A stretch of 64,000 nt of DNA, taken from an uncultured bacterium (GTDB taxonomy: Bacteria > Babelota > Babeliae > Babelales > Babelaceae). Positions 58,426-64,000 of this stretch are shown here, piece after piece. Every line of letters starts with the position of its first letter. Positions within the stretch are counted from its first letter, which is position 1. The stretch covers positions 992,001-1,056,000 of the forward strand of contig CAWFXL010000001.1 in NCBI GenBank assembly GCA_963819815.1, in the 5' to 3' direction. The notes below the pieces were generated by a model. It saw only the letters and a list, made by a program, of their open reading frames with translations, did not search any database and had not been told where the DNA came from. The position numbers were made by a program, and so were the translations under genes.

Positions 58426-61020
58426 ATGACATCGTTAGATCTGCGTAAGAAATTTTTCGAATATTTTGAACAACATAAGCACACCTATGTGCAAAGCTCC
58501 TCGTTAATACCCGCACAGGACCCTACCCTTTTATTTACCAATGCTGGTATGAATCAGTTCAAAGATCTGTTCTTAGGCAAAGAAGAACGGAGCTATAAAC
58601 GTGCCGTTTCCATCCAAAAATGCATCCGGGCAGGTGGTAAGCATAATGACCTTGAAAATGTTGGCTTCACCAAAAGGCATCTGACTTTCTTTGAAATGAT
58701 GGGCAACTTCTCTTTTGGAGACTATTTTAAGAAAGAAGCAATAGAATTTGCCTGGGAATTTCTTACTAAGGTCGTCAAGCTTGATAAGGAAAAGCTCATC
58801 GTTACGGTGCATCATAAGGATGAAGAGGCCTATGTTATCTGGAAAGATCTCATAGGAGTGCCTGCATCACGAATCTTCAAACTCGGCGATAAAGATAACT
58901 TCTGGCAAATGGGCGATACTGGTCCCTGCGGGCCATGTACTGAAATCTATGTCGATCGAGGGGTAACCTTCGGCTGTGGTTCAAAGGATTGCAACCCTGA
59001 AGATGGCTGTGAACGGTTCTTAGAAATATGGAACCTGGTATTTATGCAATACGATCGACTCCCCGATGGCACTGACAAACCACTTAAGCAAACGGGTGTC
59101 GATACCGGTATGGGTCTTGAGCGCTTATGCTCTATCGTCCAAGATAAAGACTCGGTATTTGAAATTGATCTCTTTGCACCGCTTATTAAACGGATTGAAG
59201 AGCTTACCAACATTACCTATGACACAGCAAACCCAGAGATTCAAGCAGCATTTCGAGTGTTAGCTGATCATATCCGCTCATCCTGCCTTGCTATAGCTGA
59301 TGGGGGAACCCCTTCCAATGAAGGCCGTGGGTATGTCATTAGAAAAATCATTCGCCGTGCAACGCTCTTTGCTCAAAAGCTTGGACGGGAAACGATCTTT
59401 CCTGAAATCGCTCCAGCGCTTATAGAGTTCATGAGTCCTATCTATCCTGAGCTCAAAACGCAAGAGAAGCAGATCATCTCTCTTCTTAATGCAGAAGTAG
59501 AAAAGTTCCATAAGACGTTCCTTCATGGGCAGCAGATGTTAGAAAAATACTTTGCACAGGCAGGGACAGACAAGCTAATCACCGGTATCCAAGCTTTCAA
59601 ATTGTACGATACCTATGGATTTCCTCTGGAGCTTACCAAAGTAATGGCCTTTGAAAAAGGCTTTACGGTAGACACAGAAGGCTTTGAAAAAGAGATGGAA
59701 CTCCAACGAGAAAGGTCGGGTAAAAAGGGGCTCGGAGAAGAATGTGATCTTGATGTTACCATTACCACAACCTTTACCGGCTACGAAGTGCATTACAATG
59801 CAGCAAAGGTTCTTGGGCTTATTCAAGACTTCAAAGAAGTTTCAAAGGTTTCTGCAGGTGCCCATGTCTATGTTATTACGGACGTATCACCCTTCTTTGT
59901 TGAATGTGGTGGCCAAATAAGTGACCAAGGGTGGATCCGTGTCGGAGACAAAAAAGCTCCCTTGCGCGGCCTTAAAAAATTCGGAGCTGCCATTGGGTCT
60001 TTCATTGAAACTCCCGTTGAGCTCAAAGTAGGAGATACAGTACATCTCGAGGTTGACTCCCCTACTCGTATAAATACCATGAAAAATCATACAGCAACCC
60101 ATCTGTTACAGGCTGCGCTCATTGAATTGCTTGGCAAACAGGTGAGACAATCAGGATCGGTGGTAACTCCTGACTATCTCAGATTCGATTTTACGTACCA
60201 TGAAAACCTTACCCCCGAACAGATTAAGATCGTTGAAGATCGCGTAAATGCAAAGATCCAAGAAAATATTCCTGTAGAGGTAAGCTCTATGACTCTCAAA
60301 GAAGCTACCAATAGAGGGGTCATTGCTATTTTTGGTGAGAAATATCAACCTGAAAAAGTACGCGTTGTCGATGTTCCCGGCTTCTCAGCTGAACTCTGCG
60401 GAGGTACCCATGTCCCCGCTATTGGCGATATTGGTCCTTTTAAAATTACTGAAGTGTCCGCCCTTTCGGCAGGAAACCGGCGTATCGTAGCAGTCACCGG
60501 CCCTAAGGCGGTAGAGCTCTTTCAAGATACCTTCAATGCCCTCAAAACCTTAGGAACTGAATTTAAAGTACCTATCGACCAGGTTGGACAAGCGGTTATC
60601 AAGCAAAAAGAGCAGCTTAAAACAGCCCTCGCTACGATAAGAGAGCTCAAACGAGCACATCTTACCTCCCAGATCGACACCTGGGCCACTCGCATAGAAT
60701 CTGTGGGAACACTGCCATTCCTGTATCTCTCGCTTGACGATGTTCAGGCTGATGAACTAAGGGACCTTGGTACCCTTCTTACTAAGAAGCATCCAGCTCT
60801 CTATTTCCTGCTGGCCAAAGGCCCTGAAAGATCCTCCTTCTTTATCACCCTTGCCCCCTCACTAAGTCATCTAATCGATCTTAAAAAGCTCGCAGGATGG
60901 CTCAAGGAGCAAGGAATCCAAGGGGGTGGTAGCGGAGCTACCCTTCAGGGTGGCATGCCGGCCACGGTTCCTCATCTTGAAGAGAACCTCAAGAAATGGC
61001 TTAAAAGCACCGTCAGCTAA
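58426..61020 (+). CDS. alaS: Alanine--tRNA ligase
   Basis: DPTLLFTNAGMNQFK, HLTFFEMMGNFSFGDYFK, GPCGPCTEI, DTGMGLER, HTATHLL, ELCGGTH, GGGSG. Confidence 0.98.
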   Translation: MTSLDLRKKFFEYFEQHKHTYVQSSSLIPAQDPTLLFTNAGMNQFKDLFLGKEERSYKRAVSIQKCIRAGGKHNDLENVGFTKRHLTFFEMMGNFSFGDYFKKEAIEFAWEFLTKVVKLDKEKLIVTVHHKDEEAYVIWKDLIGVPASRIFKLGDKDNFWQMGDTGPCGPCTEIYVDRGVTFGCGSKDCNPEDGCERFLEIWNLVFMQYDRLPDGTDKPLKQTGVDTGMGLERLCSIVQDKDSVFEIDLFAPLIKRIEELTNITYDTANPEIQAAFRVLADHIRSSCLAIADGGTPSNEGRGYVIRKIIRRATLFAQKLGRETIFPEIAPALIEFMSPIYPELKTQEKQIISLLNAEVEKFHKTFLHGQQMLEKYFAQAGTDKLITGIQAFKLYDTYGFPLELTKVMAFEKGFTVDTEGFEKEMELQRERSGKKGLGEECDLDVTITTTFTGYEVHYNAAKVLGLIQDFKEVSKVSAGAHVYVITDVSPFFVECGGQISDQGWIRVGDKKAPLRGLKKFGAAIGSFIETPVELKVGDTVHLEVDSPTRINTMKNHTATHLLQAALIELLGKQVRQSGSVVTPDYLRFDFTYHENLTPEQIKIVEDRVNAKIQENIPVEVSSMTLKEATNRGVIAIFGEKYQPEKVRVVDVPGFSAELCGGTHVPAIGDIGPFKITEVSALSAGNRRIVAVTGPKAVELFQDTFNALKTLGTEFKVPIDQVGQAVIKQKEQLKTALATIRELKRAHLTSQIDTWATRIESVGTLPFLYLSLDDVQADELRDLGTLLTKKHPALYFLLAKGPERSSFFITLAPSLSHLIDLKKLAGWLKEQGIQGGGSGATLQGGMPATVPHLEENLKKWLKSTVS

Positions 61021-61185
61021 CCTATTCTAATGCATTCCTTTTCTCAAGGTTCCAAACGGCGGCCTTAAAACTTGTATGAATTTTCATAAATTCTTGCGTT
61101 TTTCTATTCTATTTGTGTAGTATAAATAGGAGAAGATGCCTCTATCTGAATCAATGAGGCAATAACGTAAAAAAAGGAGCTTTGA

Positions 61186-61737
61186 ATGGATAGTATGATA
61201 TGCAAACGATTGAATTCGTTTCTCTTAATGGGATTTTTCCTCATAATCTTAGGCTCGATAGCCTTAACATCAGTTTTCTGGAGCACAATGGCGAGTGTCG
61301 TACTCTTTGGTGCATTACTCGTTGCTGCAGGTAGTGCCATGGTTTTAAATGCCTTTTGGTCAGCCGGATGGAAAGGTTTTTTTGGAGAGCTGGTTGGAGG
61401 GATACTTGCGGCAGTAGTTGGATGGTTCATCATAACAAATCCAATACTCGGTGCAGCATCGCTCACCCTGCTTCTTGCACTGTATTTTTCAGTGTCTGGG
61501 CTCTTTAAAATTGCCAGTGCGATCATCTATCATCTTGAACATTGGGGCTGGCTCCTATTTAATGGGGTAGTAAGTCTTGCACTTGGTCTCCTCATATTAG
61601 CTCAATGGCCAGTAGCTTCGCTATGGGTATTAGGCATGTTCCTGGCAATAGATTTAATGGTAAGTGGTTGGACCTCGGTCATGCTTTCACTTGCCCTACG
61701 CAAAACCTGTAAACTTGCAGGTAAAGAAACAGCATAA
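61186..61737 (+). CDS. hdeD: HdeD/DUF308-family membrane protein
   Basis: Six TM helices; G.LL..AG, NP..GA..LTLL, WGWLLFNG..SL.LG.LI..QWP..SLW.LG..L.IDL...GW. Confidence 0.85.
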   Translation: MDSMICKRLNSFLLMGFFLIILGSIALTSVFWSTMASVVLFGALLVAAGSAMVLNAFWSAGWKGFFGELVGGILAAVVGWFIITNPILGAASLTLLLALYFSVSGLFKIASAIIYHLEHWGWLLFNGVVSLALGLLILAQWPVASLWVLGMFLAIDLMVSGWTSVMLSLALRKTCKLAGKETA

Positions 61738-61755
61738 AAGATCACCAAAGCAGAC

Positions 61756-61792
61756 AAAAGAGGTAGCCCCATTGCGAGCTGCCTCTTTTTTT
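61756..61792. terminator. Bidirectional terminator between convergent hdeD and pth
   Basis: AAAAGAGGTAGC...GCTGCCTCTTTTTTT. Confidence 0.7.
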
Positions 61793-61825
61793 ATAGCTAC
61801 TAGGTACTGCTTAGAATGAGATCAA

Positions 61826-62356
61826 TTAGGTATAAAGTTGCTCGATCATCTGAACTGCTTCATCGATACACGTCTCAACGAGATCGGGATTTTCAAAGCG
61901 CTCCAACACATAGTGAGGAACTTGTTCTCTTACTTCTGGACGACCTATGCCAAATCTCAGCCGGGCAAATTCTGAAGTGCCCCACCGTTCAATGAGGGAT
62001 TTAAGGCCGTTGTGGCCTCGCGCACTTCCACCCATCCTAACAGCAAGTTTTCCAAGAGGCTTCTCAAGCTCATCGTGAATGACTAAGATATCCTGCGGCC
62101 CTATCCCCTTTTTCTTTAAAAAGGAAACTACGTCGCCAGAATTATTCATATAGGTAAGGGGCTTAATCAGAAGAACCGAATGCCCTTTAATCTGTATGGT
62201 GGCAACCTGCTTATCTGAAAAAGATTGCCAATGGCCGCCAAAGACGGCGGCCACTGCATCTACAACTTTGAACCCAGCATTATGCCGAGTATCTGAATAT
62301 TTCGCGTCGGGGTTACCAAGTCCAATGAGAACTTTTGGTACCTGAATCTCAGTCAT
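61826..62356 (-). CDS. pth: Peptidyl-tRNA hydrolase
   Basis: IGLGNP...Y..TRHNAGF, KPLTYMNNSG, VIHDEL, GGSARGHNGLKS, RLRFGIGRP. Start re-called at ATG 62356. Confidence 0.96.
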   Translation of the reverse strand: MTEIQVPKVLIGLGNPDAKYSDTRHNAGFKVVDAVAAVFGGHWQSFSDKQVATIQIKGHSVLLIKPLTYMNNSGDVVSFLKKKGIGPQDILVIHDELEKPLGKLAVRMGGSARGHNGLKSLIERWGTSEFARLRFGIGRPEVREQVPHYVLERFENPDLVETCIDEAVQMIEQLYT

Positions 62357-62360
62357 CGTA

Positions 62361-62999
62361 TTATTTTGATGCTGGCGTCTTTTTATCTTTACGGTAGGCC
62401 GCATTTACTACAGTCACAACATCTTCGGTAATATTGAACCGTGAACCGCTTGATACGGTAGATGCAACTGAATCACGTGGAACCGCAAAATCCCAGCCTT
62501 GCGTCTTACAAACTTCATCAATCCCTGCGATAATTTTTGGAACAACGATCTGCTGAATTCTTCCCAGTTCATTGTTAGCTAATTGCTGAGCTTCATATGA
62601 TTGTATTTGAAGCTGTTTTTCTATAGGCGCAAGTTCATCTTGAGCACGTTTAGCAATTGTTTCGGGTGTGGCCATTTTACTTCTTTGAAGAGCTTCAAGT
62701 TCTTTGACCTTCGTTTGATAGTCATTTTGTAACTTGGAAATTTCTTCATTTATCGGACGCAAGGTATCTTGGAACTTGGTGTAAAGATCACGCCATTCTG
62801 CACAAACAGAAGCTTCATCTTTTAAAAGCTGTGGATCTTGTGCCAACATGCGACGGACGTCAACTATGGCAATCTTTGCTGAAACACCTGTTCTTGTCAT
62901 CTTTGTGTCCTTTGGTTTTGGAGTGTCAGCTAATACAGGTAACCCAACAAGGGAGATACCCGACATTAACACAACATACGATATGATTTTGGTTTTCAT
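62361..62999 (-). CDS. skp: OmpH/Skp periplasmic chaperone
   Basis: Signal peptide, KIAIVDVRRML, long coiled coil, GWDFAV, NITEDVV. Confidence 0.8.
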   Translation of the reverse strand: MKTKIISYVVLMSGISLVGLPVLADTPKPKDTKMTRTGVSAKIAIVDVRRMLAQDPQLLKDEASVCAEWRDLYTKFQDTLRPINEEISKLQNDYQTKVKELEALQRSKMATPETIAKRAQDELAPIEKQLQIQSYEAQQLANNELGRIQQIVVPKIIAGIDEVCKTQGWDFAVPRDSVASTVSSGSRFNITEDVVTVVNAAYRKDKKTPASK

Positions 63000-63562
63000 A
63001 GAAGATCCTTTTGTAAAGGGTAAACCTATCTGATACTATACATCAGTATACAGCAACGGCCATTTTTTAAAAGATAGACAATGAACCAATACAGTGCATC
63101 CCTAGATCAATCTCAGTTAGCATTTGTTATTGTTTGCTAAAAATATCTACGCCCATATTAGCATTAAGCGGCTGCCGTTCTTATAATTGCAAGAAAAGTA
63201 TTGTGAATTACATTTAACAAAATTGTTGGAACAATTTTGTTTTTTACTGATGATTTTTGAAAGCCTGCTGATCGCAAATTCTCTACAGCAAATCGCTTAT
63301 TATTAGGTGAGCGCTATTTTGTAACCGTTTCTCCGTTTCTGGCTTGAACAGCCAGCAGTCTCTACTGTCGGTTAATGACCGTACCTATTTCCAACGACCG
63401 CAATTGCACAAACTTTAAAATAATAATCTGAAAACATTTTCAATGCTGTGTAATGCAATTAGAAAATAATGTTTTGATAAAAAAATATTGATTTTCAAAG
63501 CTTAATTATGCTAATGTGTAATTAATGAGTAAAACTAATAAATATTCAATTGGGGAGAATAT

Positions 63563-64000
63563 ATGAAAAAAATACACCTCATTTTCTTTACATGGCTTGT
63601 AGCTTCTTATTGCACCATTTATGGCCACGTATTTTGCCCAATCTGCAAAAAACAGTCCGAAGTTTTTCTATGCACTGGTGTTGTTTCTCGAAACAATGCA
63701 TCTTGTCCACATTGCCATTCTCTTGAGCGGCATCGTCATTTGTGGCTATTTTTGCAAGAAAAAAAGAATGAGCTTTTTGAGAGAAACCTTACCTTACTTC
63801 ATTGGGCTCCAGAATCATGCCTTTTTAAGACATTAGAAAACATGTCGAATATTCGTTATATACCGGCTGATCTTAATCCAAATTGTTCTGATGTGCGTAA
63901 GCTTGATATTACCCAGATTGAGCTGGATTCTAATAGCATTGATGTCATTTTATGCAGCCATGTACTTGAACATGTTCCAGATGACAACAAGGCAATGGCA
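63563..64000 (+). CDS. SAM-dependent methyltransferase with N-terminal Zn ribbon and signal-like leader (partial, runs off window)
   Basis: Not in the ORF track. GGGGAG SD, ATG 63563: MKKIHLIFFTWLVASYCTIYG, CPICK, CPHCHSLERHR, LLHWAPE, DITQI...SIDVILCSHVLEHVPDD. Confidence 0.88.
   Translation, partial: MKKIHLIFFTWLVASYCTIYGHVFCPICKKQSEVFLCTGVVSRNNASCPHCHSLERHRHLWLFLQEKKNELFERNLTLLHWAPESCLFKTLENMSNIRYIPADLNPNCSDVRKLDITQIELDSNSIDVILCSHVLEHVPDDNKAMA

Noticed and set aside
63621..63836. 71-aa plus-strand ORF
   Set aside because: Out-of-frame overlap with the real methyltransferase starting at 63563.

Overview
Bacterial chromosomal window, about 43% GC by eye. It has a diderm envelope (TamB, BamD-like, Skp/OmpH, beta-barrel OMPs) and many Sec-signal-bearing eukaryote-like proteins. 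That content is most consistent with an intracellular protist parasite of Candidatus Babelota (Dependentiae/TM6); this is inference, as no marker search was run. Housekeeping genes: hisS, tyrS, alaS, secA, ftsQ-like/ftsA/ftsZ, alr, pth, cdsA, an rlmB-like methyltransferase, a deoxynucleoside kinase, pgeF and gspE plus a pseudopilin. No rRNA, tRNA or CRISPR array was seen. Most notable: (1) a translationally coupled 3-gene operon (39202-43845) encoding a secreted PPP-type pseudophosphatase, a pseudophosphatase-Venus-flytrap (LIVBP) fusion and a GLIC/ELIC-type pentameric ligand-gated ion channel; (2) an exported protein with an RBBP6-like RING finger inserted in an apparently dead Josephin-like protease fold; (3) a shared C-terminal membrane-anchor motif on four exported proteins; (4) a ~76-aa helical tandem repeat in two adjacent exported proteins; (5) a cPLA2-like phospholipase with three N-terminal repeats; (6) signal peptides on normally cytoplasmic enzymes (Gmd, methyltransferases). 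Also present: two frameshifted genes, an ISAs1 mini-element with a 10-bp TSD, an IS200/IS605 remnant and structured operators upstream of AAA/AlbA-HTH genes. All domain calls come from manual motif reading.
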